Source: Hyaloraphidium curvatum SAG 235-1
Taxonomy: Eukaryota > Fungi > Monoblepharomycota
Direction of reading: 5' to 3'
NCBI GenBank assembly: GCA_025558095.1
Contig: JAIVFI010000016.1
Location: 620,001 to 684,000 of the forward strand
DNA length: 64,000 nt
Part shown: piece by piece, positions 12,706-25,278 of the stretch
Position numbering within the stretch: position 1 is the stretch's first letter
Layout of the letters: each line of letters opens with the position of its first letter
Notes under the pieces: model-generated
What the model saw: the letters and a program-made list of their open reading frames with translations, nothing else
Told to the model about the DNA's origin: nothing
Database searches by the model: none
Made by a program: the position numbers and the translations under genes

Positions 12706-15700
12706 TCAGTCAGCCTTGCCGGCCAGTCCTCGCAGCTCTTCCAAGTCTCTCTGGCCTTCCACGCCTTCGCCCCGGCCGTAGAGCTCAACGACAATGTCTG
12801 CAAGCTCCTGGAACCCCAGCACCGCCTCCGTGACCGCCGAGCTGTACGCCCCGTAGTAGGGACGCGAGGTCAGCACGTCCGCATCCGCGAGCAGCGCCGC
12901 GTTCAGCGCCCTCTGCGGCGTCGCACAGTCGGGCACGTAGTGCGGCAGCGGCGCGTGCACCCTCAGGGCCTTTGAGATCATCCAGCCCAAAGTTACGAGG
13001 CGCCTGGTGCGGCGGAGGCGGTTCTCGTCTTCCACGCGGAGCACGGCGCGGTCCGAGGCCCCGACATCGCGAAATTGGGTCAGCGAGACCCGGGCGATGC
13101 TCAGCATGTCGAGCACGTGCTGCGCCGTGCGGACGAGGTTGAGGAACACGTCGTGCTGGAATCGTCCGCGGAAGCGCGGCTCAATGTCCGAGAGGGCGAC
13201 GAGCACGCGCTCTTGAATAAGCGATGTCTGCAGGGCGGCGACCACTTCCTCCACCAGATCGTCATCCAGGTTCCACAGGGGGTCGTTCCTCGTCACCAGC
13301 ATGAACGAGCCGGCCACCTGACGGAAGAGCCAAATGAGGCCATCCACCGTCTCCGACAGGGACAGGCGCAGCTGCACCCGCGCGAGCGACGGCCAGATGA
13401 GGCGGCCAATGGCCATGACGATGAGGACTCCGACCACCACCATCAAGCCTCGGATGAGCCCGATCGCCCAGACTTCCGGCACGTTCTCGAAGCCTAGCGT
13501 GACGAGCTCCAGGTGGTTGAACGGGATCGCGTAGGTGGCCGCCGCCAGCGCGCCCGTCTTTGTCCACTCAGGCAGGCCGCTGTGCTTGAGCCAGCACAGC
13601 GGGTACCAGAACACGAACGAGACCACGCAGGTGATGTACGGGTTCGTTCCCGCGATGTACCAGCACGCAATGCCCAGCGCCACCCCGATCATGGTTCCCA
13701 GGACACGCTGGAACGAGTTGCTCAGATCCCCGCTGAACGTGGGCGCCGCCGCGGAGAAGATGGAGATCCCGGCCCACCGGACCCTCCAATCGTAGTACCC
13801 CTGCCTCGTACCCGGGAAGAACGCGAACGACGTGATGAGGGTCACCGTGACGGCGCACTTGAGGGCAAACCGGGTCTCCCAGCGGCGCATCCACAGCGAG
13901 AGCGCCCACATGTTCCACAGGACGTAGCGCGCGTTCAGCCCCGCCGGCGGGGGTTGCTCGTTGGCAGGCACGAACCAGCCCTCCCCAGCGTTCTCGAGGT
14001 CCGAGGTGTGCTTGATGTTGAGCGGCCTGAGCAGGCGGACCCGCGGCATCCGCATACCCGCGCTGTCCTCGCCGTCCTGTAGGGAAAGGAGGTGCCTCCG
14101 GAACGCGTGCACCCGCTGCAGCAGCTGACCGGTGCCGAACTCGAAGAGGTAGCTGGCCATGGCCGCCGCCGTCGCCTTGGTCAAGTCCGCTCCGGCTTCC
14201 CGCGGGGCGACGTGCTGCTTTGACGACCACGCGGCAAACTCCCGCAACACCGCGTCGTCCTCTTCGTCGGCGCGGAAAGAGCACGGGCACCCGCCCTTCC
14301 GCGGGTCGTGCCCCGTGAGGCACGTGCGCAGCTCGCTCAGGGAGGATTCGACGGCCTCAACGAGGGAGACGAGGACGGATTCGCCGCCGGCGGGGGCGGA
14401 GGAGCCCCAGGAGAAGCCGTCGAGGCAGGCGTTGAGCGAGGCGAGGTGGGTGGTCATTGCTTGGAGATCGGCGATTAGGGAGGCGTACTGCGTGGCCATG
14501 TTGATTGCGGTGAACGAGGCAGGTCGCCTGGTCTTACCTTGTTTGCCGGGAAGGAACGAAATGAAAACTCGGACACTGCCTCCTGAAGGGCCCGAGACAG
14601 GGTGAGAAAGTCAAACCGCAGGCTCTGAAGAAGGATCCTATTGGGAGGCCAAAGAGCGCATGAGACCGAGCCGTGAAGACTACGGAGAAAGACCGACCTG
14701 ATCTTGGCCGAATCGGCCAGGCTCGCGGCGCCCGGGTCCGACAAATAGATCCTGCGCAGGCGACCCTCGACGATCTTGCTGGAGGACGGAACATGACATC
14801 AGCGATCGGTCGTGCGCGAACGGCCAGCTTGCTCGCCTGAAAATGAAGGAGATGTTACCGAGGCTGTGCACCATCTCCTGTCTCATCCTCCGCGGCGCCG
14901 TCACGGGGAATATGAGGCAGTTCGCTGCGGGGGAACGGCCGTCAGGACCATTCGCCGTCCACTCACACGCCATCGACCAACCAAGGCAGGAAACAAATGC
15001 CGATATGCACACCGACAGGCCGGCCTTGCCCGCCGCCACGTAGGCGTCGTACGGCGTGCCCGTGCGGGTGATTACGGTGCCGCCCTCCGAACTGGTGAAG
15101 GACCAGCCGACGATGAGGATCGCGGTGTTGAGCGAGAAGTAGAAGGTCGCGGCGGCGGGGAAGAAGGCACTGAAAATGTTAGGATTGTGCGCGAGGAGGA
15201 TCCAAAGCGCGAAGGAGAAGAGGAAGAGGAAGAAGAGGGTGCCGATGGGGTTCATAGTCGTGCCGCCGATGGAGCACAGCGCGACGGTGAGACAGGTGGC
15301 CGCCGAAGCCGCGCCGCAGAGAGCGAAAGCGATCGCCGCCAGTGTGACGCTCCCGCCGACGGTGAGGGTAAAGTCCCACAGCGCCACGACGAACACGGCG
15401 ACGAAGCTCTCGGGGCCGAAGAAGCGCAGGACGGGGGGCACCAGCACGACGATGATGAGCATGGTGAGGAGGGAGCAGACGGCGCGGAGGGTGTGGATGT
15501 TGCGGCGCGAGACGAGGAGGGCGCGGACGTCGCGCCAAGAGTGCACCGCAGGGAGAAAGATGGGCGGCCGGGTGGGGAAGCTGGTGGGAGCCAGGCTGGG
15601 AACGCGGAGCATGTCCTTCTCTGGCGCCTGCTGGTCCCCTTCGACAGGCGGAGGAGCCGGCACCTCGCCCAATTCCACGTCGTCCGCCTGCGACATGGAT

Positions 15701-16167
15701 CGCAAGGATCCCGCGTCCCCTGCCGACGCGCCCAGTTCCTCGTGCAGCTGCATCATCGACGCTCCGGTTTGCGCTCGCTCCGTCTCCGGGTCCTCCAGCT
15801 TGTCCAACGCCGTCCCCGAGTTGAACATGGTCAGCCTGCGCGTCCGCACCCGGGATTCCCGGCCCATCGTGTCCTCCGGAATCGGACGCGCGCCAAGAGC
15901 TTCGGGAGAGAACTCCTTCCATTCGGCATTGCTCGCGAGGAACGCCACGTCTGCGGCGATAAAGGGCTGAATGCTGCCCCCGAAAGTGACCGCGGCGGGG
16001 TGATATTGGTCCTTGGTCCGCAGCATGGACGGCCGACGGGTTCGCGGCCGCGTGGCCCTCATGGTCGAGTGGAAGGAGGCCGCTTCCGGCGGCGGCACCC
16101 CATTCTGCACCCCATTTGCCCCGTCGGCAGGCTCCAGCACTCCAAATTCAATCGTGAGGCTAGACAT
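12706..16167 (-). CDS. FUSC/ArAE (aromatic acid exporter-like) multi-pass membrane protein, multi-exon
   Basis: Two TM bundles; RFALKCAV, QRVLGTMIG, LIWPSLARVQLR, EPRFRGRF motifs typical of fungal FUSC proteins. Confidence 0.82.
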
Positions 16168-16367
16168 TTCAAAGCCGGAGAGTCCGAAGAGGCCCCATTC
16201 CGGGCGAAAGACGGAAAGACTCCGGAACAACCGGCAGCAGTGTTTACCGCCAGTCCGCCAGTCCCTTTGATTGGCGTCGCCGCCGGTTGAAGTTGGCCCG
16301 ACAGCGGTCGTCTCCCTTACCTCAGACGGAGCCTGGTGGGCCTACCAACCTCTCAATCGGACGCCGA

Positions 16368-16978
16368 ATGTCGTCTTCGACCGGCCTCGTGCCGGACACC
16401 TCCTCCGACGAGGCCCTCGCGCGCGCCATCGCCGAATCCGAAGCCGCCGCGGCGGCATCGAGCGCCGAGCCCGTCGCCGTGGACACCTACGATTCCCTGG
16501 ACCGGGATGCGCTGCTGAAGGAACTGCGGATAAGAGACCAGGAGCTGGTGCAGGCCGTGACGGAGGTGCAGATCCTGCGGGCCAACATCTCGCGCGCGGA
16601 AGAGCTCGGGTGCGTCGCTGCCCGGGACAGCGGGGCACGGGCGTGGGGCTCACTGCCGCACGGGAACACAGGCGGAATGGGCTCATCTTCCACCCTCCGG
16701 AGACCATTCTCTACCGTCAAGGTGTTTGGCTCCCGCGAGTGAAGACTCCATGCCGAGCTCACCCGTTCCTGCCTTCAACAGCCTTCACCATCACCCCGCC
16801 TTTGAAGCTCACCCCCGTCGACCTCTACCACGACGCCGACGGTAACCTCTGCATCCTCGGGAGGGCGGACTTTTCGGGGGAAGCCCTGATCCACGAGCAC
16901 CGCGGCGAGGGGCAGGTCAAGGAGCGGAGGGAAAAGGTCGTCGGTGGGTCTTCTAATGGCTGCTCATTCCACAGCTGA
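16368..16978 (+). CDS. Hypothetical protein with UIM-like motif and coiled coil (introns)
   Basis: SDEALARAIAESE resembles a ubiquitin-interacting motif; coiled coil LLKELRIRDQELVQAVTEVQILRANI. Confidence 0.55.
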
Positions 16979-17291
16979 AATTGACCTGGCGTCGCAGGTG
17001 GGCTCGTGATGTGGCCGATCATGGAGGAGGACGTCAAGGGCAAGGCGCGGGTGTGAGGGAACGGACTAGCAGAGACGGCTGTTTGGCGTTGGATGTCTCT
17101 TTCTCGCGAGGTCTTCTTGCGCAAAAATGGCACCGTTGTTGTCTCCCGTGACTGCCTTTGCTGATTTGCTTGTACTTGTTTCTGCCGGCCCGCGCGTCGC
17201 CGGCCGGACCCGCGCTGACGTGTCGCGCACAGCAATCAGCAACTCGGTTCTTCGGAGACGCAACCGTCCGTCCTTCCTCCGCCGATACAAA

Positions 17292-18354
17292 ATGCAGAGC
17301 CTGCAGCCTCTCCAGCGCGACGCCGCAGCCGCCCAGCAGCAGCAGCAGCCCCGCACGGGCCAGCCTGCTGCCCAGGAAACCTACTCGCAGCAGTTCTCGC
17401 AGCACCCGCGCCCCGTGATGCCCGCCAACCAGCAAGGCCAGGGCCAGATCCCCGGGCCTCCGCCGTACGCGCAGGACGAGGGGACCCTCGGGAGGACAAG
17501 GGACGAGAAGCCGAACGTGCGTGGTTTCCCGGCGGACGCTCGGCAGACGAACGATGAGCTCACCTCCGGGTACCACGCAGCCCTTCCTCGGGGCTTACCG
17601 AGACCCCTACGCCCCCGCTCCCACCCCTCCCATGCCCGGCGAAGCCTTCCGCCCCACCCCTCCCGGCTCCGAACGCACCTCGCTCGAGGTCCCGGGCACG
17701 CTGGACCGTCCCCGCTCCGCCGGCTCCTCGTCCTCCGGATCCTCGCGCTCCCGCTCCCCTTCCCCGGATCCGACGCACGCGCAGGGGGATCCCAGGTACC
17801 AGAGCGAGTTTGCCGCGGCGAAGCAGGCCTGGGGGAGGGGACCGGCGCCCAGCGCGCAGGTGCGCCGCGTGGCTTTCGCGGGGATCCGGGCTTCTCATCA
17901 CGGATCCCGCGCGTGCAGGTGCCCGGAGCACCCGAGGTCAGGACGACGGAGGGGCAGGCGATCGAGTACGTCATCTTGCCCAACGGGCTGATCGAGGTGC
18001 CCAGCAGGAGTGGGTCAGGCGCGGGATCGCTCGCCAAGAGGCGCGTCCAACTCACCGCCTTGAACCCAAAGAGCCCTGCCTCATGTACTGCCCCAAGGAC
18101 CGCGAGTGGGTCACCACCGAGATCGGCCGGCGCTCGGGGCTGGTCACGGTCGTCAGCGCCGGCGCCTTGCTGTTCGTCGCGTGGCCGCTGGCCTGGCTGC
18201 CCTTCGTGTTCAAGAAGAGCGGCAAGGTGGGACCGCGGACGCGCATTTGCCGGCGGAAAGGCGGCCGCTGATGCGTGGAACGGGGCAGGATTGGGTGCAC
18301 AAGTGTCCCAAGTGCCACCTCGACCTTGCCGTGATCCCGCGCCACCTCGCCTGA
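17292..18354 (+). CDS. LITAF-like zinc ribbon protein (several introns)
   Basis: Pro-rich N-terminus with PPPY; PCLMYCPKD...VTTEI, hydrophobic WPLAWLPFV, DWVHKCPKC. Confidence 0.85.
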
Positions 18355-18546
18355 GCATCCATGGCGATGATCTTGGTCTGCCATCTTCCAACACTTCGAT
18401 TCTTTCTTTGAACTTGCATTGACGGATGCAATCGCAATAGACCATTCAAATGAAAGCCCGTGTGACGCTGAATGGTCAATGCCACGATGCATTCAAAGCC
18501 AACTCCACAACAGCAGCACCTAAAGCGAGGCGTCCCAAGACATCGG

Positions 18547-19368
18547 TCACGGCCCCTCCAACGCCTCCATCGCCGCCTTCAGCCCCTCGATCGCCTCCCC
18601 GCTCTTCACCACCTCCCTGAAGCTCCGCCTCTCGTCCGCCAACCCCTCCGCCAACGGCCTATCCATCGCCGCCCTCACCAACCTCTTGGCCTGCATCACC
18701 GCCTCCGGGCTCCGCCGCGCAAACTCCTCCCCGATCTCCAGCGCGCGCGCGACGGGGTCCTCCGCGAGCTCGTGCACGATGCCCCGGCGGTGCGCCTCCT
18801 CGGCGGTGAACACCAACCCGCGCAGGACGATCTCCAGCGCCGCCGCCTCCCCGACGATGCGGGGCAGCCTCTGCGTGCCTCCCCCGCCGGGGAAGATGCC
18901 CGCCGTCGCTTCCGGAAACCCGATCTGCGCCACGTCGCGGCCGCACACCCTGATGTCGCACGCCAGCGCGAGCCCCATCGCCGTGCCGTTCACCGCGGCG
19001 ATCACCGGCTTGCGGGAACGGGAGACGGCGTCGAGCAGGGCGGGGAAGCCGCGCGCGGGGGCGTCGCCGGAATACCGGTCTGCCCTCGCCGGGGCGCCCT
19101 TCTCGGCCCAGGAGCGGAGTTCGGCGACGTAGTAGTGCCTGCCCGCGCATCGGCATTTTCTTTGCAACGCGTTCGGTGCGACGTACCGCACGAAGACGCC
19201 GGGGAGGCCGCCGGCGATCACCACGCACCGCACTGCCTGGTCGGCTTCGGCCGGCCGGAACTCGGCGAGCAGAGCTTCGGCGCCCGGGTGGGTCATGGTG
19301 CCGTGCGGCGGGTTGGAGTAGGAGAGGACGGCTGTGCTTCCGGCGCGGGAGAGGGCGGCGAGGGGCAT
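18547..19368 (-). CDS. Enoyl-CoA hydratase/isomerase (crotonase) family protein, with an apparent deletion of the GGxE motif
   Basis: KPVIAAVNGTAMG/LALACDIR, FPEATAGIFPGGGGTQRLPRIVG; one intron. Confidence 0.88.
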   Translation of the reverse strand: MPLAALSRAGSTAVLSYSNPPHGTMTHPGAEALLAEFRPAEADQAVRCVVIAGGLPGVFVRYVAPNALQRKCRCAGRHYYVAELRSWAEKGAPARADRYSGDAPARGFPALLDAVSRSRKPVIAAVNGTAMGLALACDIRVCGRDVAQIGFPEATAGIFPGGGGTQRLPRIVGEAAALEIVLRGLVFTAEEAHRRGIVHELAEDPVARALEIGEEFARRSPEAVMQAKRLVRAAMDRPLAEGLADERRSFREVVKSGEAIEGLKAAMEALEGP

Positions 19369-19874
19369 CTTTCTTTGCTCGGTCGCGGTGACTCGACGGG
19401 GAGACGGGGGCAAGTTCCATGCCCGCAACATCCGAGGCGTCCTTGGCTTCGAATAGGCGCAACGCAGATGCAAAGACCGCACCATGTTTCCAGCTCGCTC
19501 TCTCGCTATGTACAGTTCGCGGCATTCCGGCCGCCGACTCAGCTACCCAGTCGTGCACGATCTCTAACCGTCTCCCCGTCCAGGCGGAGACCACGACGTC
19601 CGAAAATCTATGCGAGGAAGACCGTCCATGTTGCCTGCGGGAGGGGGGTCCGCGGGAATACGGGAGGTGGTGGTGGGGTGGGGTATGGGATCGAGTGGAG
19701 GAGGGAAGGAAAGGTGGGGGAGGGGAGGCGTGAAGGGGAGAAGGGGCGGGGGCGCCGCCCGCCGTTGCAGCCGGCACCGCGCATGTCGTCCGTGTCGCCC
19801 ACGGACAAAGATCGCAGCCGCCCGCGCTTCCGGAATTTTGGAGCGCGCAATTAGTCCCGTCTTGCCGGGCAAGA

Positions 19875-20687
19875 CTACACGCCGGCGCGGTAGACGGCCC
19901 TGCAGATCGGGCACGTCCCCGACGGCCCCTTTGGCAGGGCTTCCATCGCCACGGCGTCGCCGGCGACGCAGCACGTGTCGTCGCCGGCGGGCACGTCGGC
20001 GGCGGTGGCCGAGTCCGACGAGGATGCGACGGCGGATCGGGCGTCGTCGGCGGGGGGCGATGCCGGCAGGGGATCGGCCAGATCATGTTCGTCGCCAGTT
20101 GGCATGTCCACGACGGTGTGGGCGTCGCCGTCGGGTGCGTTTTCCGGGGTTACTGGGGGAGCCGGAGTTTCGGGCGGCACCTCTGTGGCGGCCGAGTCCT
20201 GCCGCTCGGGCGGCGGTGCGCCGCAGATCCACGCCTCGAGGCAGGCGGCGTGGAACACGTGGCCGCATGCGGCGAGGGTGCGCAGGTCGAGCTGGGGCAG
20301 GCCGTCTGCGCCGGCGACCAGGGGTTGGAGACAGCACGCGCAGTCGCCCTCGGCGCGGCCGGGCACCTCCGCGCCGGCGCCGGGCGTCCAGCGCGGGGCG
20401 AAGCCGTCGAGCTGCGCGAGCGAGAGGCGGGCCTTGGCGGCGGCGGGCGAGCGCCACGCGGCCAGCGAGTAGAACGGCGCCCCGACGGTGTCGGCGCCGG
20501 TGCGGAACGCGGCCCACGAGCCCTCCGCAAAGTACGTGCAGAAGCAGAGGACCAGAAACAGGCCGGCGAAGGCGAGCAGGAAGATCGCGGAGGTGTCGAT
20601 GCCGCCGGCCGCCGCCGCCGACGGGGTCGCCGTGGCAGACGCCGCCGCCGCCGTCGCCGTGGCCGCCGCGAGCGTGCTCGTGGCCAT
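19875..20687 (-). CDS. TM plus RING-H2 E3 ligase-like protein (ATL-like architecture)
   Basis: N-terminal TM; CACC...CGHVFHAACLEAW...CPICR. Confidence 0.82.
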   Translation of the reverse strand: MATSTLAAATATAAAASATATPSAAAAGGIDTSAIFLLAFAGLFLVLCFCTYFAEGSWAAFRTGADTVGAPFYSLAAWRSPAAAKARLSLAQLDGFAPRWTPGAGAEVPGRAEGDCACCLQPLVAGADGLPQLDLRTLAACGHVFHAACLEAWICGAPPPERQDSAATEVPPETPAPPVTPENAPDGDAHTVVDMPTGDEHDLADPLPASPPADDARSAVASSSDSATAADVPAGDDTCCVAGDAVAMEALPKGPSGTCPICRAVYRAGV

Positions 20688-21136
20688 CGGGGTTTGCGGC
20701 GCTCGCTGAGGGGCGCTAGGTGGTTGCTGGGTATGGGATGAGTCGTCGACTCGCCCCAGCTCGGAACCCGCGGGCCGAGCGGCATAGAAGCCCTGAGCCG
20801 CCAAGGGACGCGCATTGCGCCAATGGCCGCACACAAGCCGCCGTCGCATGGACGCCCCGGGCAAATGGATGATCGACGTACAACGGCGCGAACGTGCTGC
20901 CCGCGGGGTCTTGGACCGGCTCCCGCGCGGGCCGGCCGTGCCAACGGGGGCGGCCGGCCGGCCGGCCGGTCCCGCCACCAGTCCCCACCAACAAGGGGTT
21001 CTTCCGATCCCATCCGTCCGATCCGCGTTCCCAGGCGCCCCCCGCCCGTCCGCCCCCATCCCCACGCGGTCGGAACCCGCCCCGCGCCGCGGTCCGCCGG
21101 CCGAGCTACCCCTCCTCCCGGATGTCCGACGCCGCC

Positions 21137-23915
21137 CTACCCTGGGGCCTGGGCCCTGGGCCCAAGGCCGTGCCGGCCGATCCACCCCAGCACCTCGGCG
21201 TACCACCGCTGCAGATTGACCGGCCTGAGCACCCAGTGGTTTTCGTCTGCACCTCGCGCGGTCAGGCGGGATGGCAACGGGCACACGGCGGGAATGCCGC
21301 GGTGGGCGGGGCCCGAGACCCACCGGGGAACAGCACCAGCCTGGCCGGCACACCCCTCCTCCTCAGCGCCGTGAAAGCCGCGATCCCCTGCTCCACGCCC
21401 AGCCTGTAATCCCGCTCCCCGTGTACCACCAGCGTCGGCGTGCGCCACCTCCCCACGAACCTCTCGGGGTTGAATTCCTCGTACCGCAACCGCGCGGCGG
21501 CATTGGAGAAGGGCGCGCCGCCAAACTCGGATTCGGGGAAGAACAGCTCGTCCGTGGCGTAGTAGTTCATGAAGCTGCTGAACAGGCCGTCGTGGCACAC
21601 CAGCGCGCGGAACCGCTCCGTGTGCCCGTTGATCCTTCGCACGCCCGCGTCCGTCAGCCCGAACCTCCGCCGCCGCAGGGGTGCAACCCACCAGTTGATC
21701 ATGAACCCCCCGTACGACGCGCCCAGCGCCACCGTCCTCCCCGCATCCACCGGGAACCTCGCCAGCGCCTCATCCACCCCCTTCATCAGGTCGTCGTACG
21801 GCCTGCCCCCCCAGTCCTTCCTCACGGCATCGGTGAACCGCTGCCCGTACCCCGTCGAGCCGCGGGGGTTGATCGCGATGACCCACCACCCCGCCCCCGT
21901 GAAGCACTGGTAGTTCCACCTGCCCCCCCAGGAATCCGTCCACGCTCCCTCGGGTCCTCCGTGGATCAAGACGGCGAGCGGCCACGCTTTGTGCTCGGGG
22001 GTGTGGTTGGCCGGCCTGAACGACCACGCATGGACCTCGCTGCCGTGCGAGCGGAACTTGAACCCCTCGGGCTCGGGCAGCGCGATGCCCGCGAGCTTGC
22101 CCGCATGCAGATCCGTCATCCTCCTCCCGCCCCTCTCCAGCCTGACCTCGGGCTTGCCGCTCCCGTCCCCGGGCATCCCCGTTTCCCGCCGCGCCATCCA
22201 GAAGACCCACCCCTCGTCGGGCTCGTGCGCCCGCGAGCGGAACCCGAACGCGCGGTGCACCTCCAGGCTTTCCGTGTCGAAATCCGGGGGCCCGCCCGGG
22301 CCCGGCCTCGCCGCGCGTAAAACGATCGGCGGGAGGGGCAAGAGGTTCCGCGCGGCGCCCTTGTGCGATATGCGGAGGGGTTCCGGACCCTCGTCCTCCG
22401 CGGAGCCCGGGAGCGGGATCGGCGCCGGGGCGAGGAAGGCGCGCACGCGCGCGTGCTCCTCGACCGCCATCCACAGCCCGGATTCGGACCAGGAGAGGGA
22501 GGACGGGCTGCGGTCCCATTCCGGGAACAGGGTGCGCTTGTACCCCGGTTCGGGTCCGAAGGTCCGCTGCTTCTCCGTGCTGCCCGCGAGCGTGGCGTTG
22601 AGGAAGCCCGGGAGGGAGAGCACGACGACGCGGCGGCGGTCGGATTCGTTTCCCGGCTCGCGGGTCTCGAGGTACGCCATGTTTGTGCCGCCGGGGTCCA
22701 GCGCCGGGCCGCTGGCGTACGTCTTGAGGGGGGTCATGTCCGTGGGTGCCGTGTGGAGCCTGATCTGCATGTCCGGCGCGACGGTGAGGAGGACGAGGAA
22801 CAGCGACGTGTCGGTGGTCCACGCGCGCTCGCTCCCCGCTGCGGGCCGCCGCGAGGTGAAGACCGCCTGCACGCGGTGCACGCCCTCCCCCGCCGCTTCC
22901 CGGCCAAAGTGCCGCCACCCGAGCGCGGACTTGCCGACCGCGATGTCCTCGGACCCGCCGAACGGGCCGACGGGGGTGCTCCACAGCGTGCCGGCCATGA
23001 GGTTGGTCCCGTTGCCCGCGACCTCGGGGCCGGCGTCGGAAATGCGCACGGGCAGGACAAACAGCTGCTCCGCCGAGACGTCGGGGGCTTCCAGGTACTC
23101 GTCCCAGTGCCGCACGTACAGGTCGTCGAAGACGCGGGCCGAGGAGCGCGGCGCGGTGCCCTGCGAGGCCTTGCGCTGCTCGCGGAGGGCGAGGGTGCCC
23201 TCGAGGGTGGGGGCGGAGGGGTGCACGGCGGCGGTGAAGAAGAGGAGGGAGAGGGTGGGGGTGAGGGGGAGGGCGAGGAGGTTGGAGATGGGGATCGGGG
23301 GCTGGAAGAGGAGCTTGGGTTCTGGTTGGTGGAGGGCGGCGGGTAAGTCCGTGCTTCCCTGCGCGAATGGGGCCAAATCCCACCAGAGGGCCCGCTCCCT
23401 GCCCTGATCCACCATATCCCGTTTGCATCCCCCTGGTGCCCCTCGGCCTTGCGGTCGCTGACGAACGCCAGCGTCGCGTTGTCGAGCCACGCCGGCTCGG
23501 CGTCCTTGAACTCGCCCTCGGTGAGCTTCACGACCTCGGGGAACGGCCCGTCGCGGCCCTCGGCATCGTCGTCGATCCGCTTGCCGTTCTTGAAGGGCGG
23601 GAAGAACTCGCGGGAGGCGGTGTGCGCGAGGTCGATCCCGCGGAGCCCGCGGGTGGACTTCCCGGTCTCCCGGTCGTACTGCGAGAGCACGAACGCGACG
23701 CGCTCGCCGTCGGGAGACAGCCGCGCCGACCCCGGTTTTTCCAGCGAGACGAGGTCGTCGACGGTGAACCCGCGGAGGGCGCCGGGGGCCGCGCCGCGCA
23801 CGTGCACCGCGGGCACGGCGGGCGGCACCGCGACCTGCGACGCGGACGCGGCAGCGGCGACGACCAGCGCGAAAAACGCGGCCAGGTGGAGCGGCAGCGC
23901 GCGGAGGCGGGGCAT
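21137..23915 (-). CDS. Secreted dipeptidyl-peptidase V / S9C prolyl oligopeptidase family (multi-exon)
   Basis: Signal peptide; IHGGPEGAW, NPRGSTGYGQ, GASYGG nucleophile, HGERDYR, FPDENHW. Confidence 0.94.
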
Positions 23916-24057
23916 CGCGGCGGACTAGGGGCTACAAGGCAAGGCCTCGAAACACGATCGACTCGCGACGTAAACAGTCCGCGCTATCTCCCGCGATCGG
24001 CGATTCGCTGCGGAGCTCCGGTCTCTCCTGGATAGTACGAAGCGCAGGATTCCGGCG

Positions 24058-25239
24058 ATGCCGCCGATTCCCCTCCTCCCCCTGGCTTCGGGGGCTTCGA
24101 TTCCTGCAATCGGCCTGGGAACATGTGCGTTCCGGACCGCGTCGTCGGAAGGCGAATCTGACGCGCAGCAGGGATGGGAGACGACGTCGTGCACCCGCAG
24201 GAGCTGTACGACGAGCTCATCGAGGCTGCCGTCCGGGAAGGCGTGCGCCACATCGACGGCGCGTTCGTGTGTGGGTTGCTTCGCCGGAGTGCCGGGACGA
24301 GCGGCGAGGAGCTCACATCTGCCGACCGCGGCAGACGAGAACGAGCCTGAAATCGGGCGCGCCCTGAAGAAAGTGCTCGAGCAGGGGCTGGTCAAGCGGG
24401 AAGAATTGTTCTACACGTCCAAATGCCCCGCGGGGATGCAGAAGCCGGAGCACCTGCGGTGGTCGCTCAACAAGACGCTCGAGGACCTCGGGATCGGCTA
24501 CCTGGACCTCTACCTCTGTTTGTTCTAGTTGCTCGTTTTGGTTTGGACTCTTTTTTTGATGGTGCTCGCAGTGCACTGGCCCATGCGAGGGATGCCGGCC
24601 TCGTTCCCGGACAATTGCAACGCGCTGAAGGATGCGGACGGCAAGCTCGTCATCGACACTTCGTTCGGCATCAAAGAGACCTGGGCGGCAATGGAGTCGC
24701 TCGTCGATGCCGGGCTCGTCCGCCACGTCGGCGTGTCAAACTTCACCGTCCCGCAGGTGCGTCGGACCCGACATCCTGCAATCATATCTCTCTCATGTGC
24801 CTGGCAGCTACAAGAGCTCCTCGGTGTTGCCCGGATCAAGCCCGCCGCGAACCAGGTCGAGCGCCACCCTTATCTTCCCCAACCCGACCTCCTCCGCTTC
24901 TGCCGGGAGAACGGGATCCACGTCACGGCCTACTCCCCGCTCGGCGTCGGCATGTCCGCCGTCCCCTGTTTGCTCGCGGATCCCGTGGTCGCGGTGGTCG
25001 CAAAGAAGCACGGCTGCACGCCGGCGCAGGTGCTCATCAACTGGAACGTCGATTCGGGGTGCTCCGTGATCCCGAAAACCTCGTCCGCGAAGCGGGTCAA
25101 GGAGAACTTTGCGCGGATAGCGCTGGATGAACGGGACATGGCGGACATCGCCGCGATCACGACGAGGAAGCGGTACAACGACCCGTTCTCGTGGTGGAAG
25201 GTGAAGCTCTTCGACGACGACTTTGCCGCCGCGGGATAG
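24058..25239 (+). CDS. Aldo-keto reductase (multi-exon)
   Basis: IPAIGLGT, HIDGAFVYENE after splicing, YLDLYLxHWP, VGVSNF, NQVERHPY, IPKT. Confidence 0.94.
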
Positions 25240-25278
25240 GAGGCGGCAATCGAGCATAGCGAGTTCGCATTCGTGTCA

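Noticed and set aside
24515-24575. Apparent in-frame stops and frame breaks in AKR, ISN1, APC and other genes suggesting an alternative genetic code
   Set aside because: Explained by about 55-nt GT-AG introns; TAG and TGA both terminate intact genes normally
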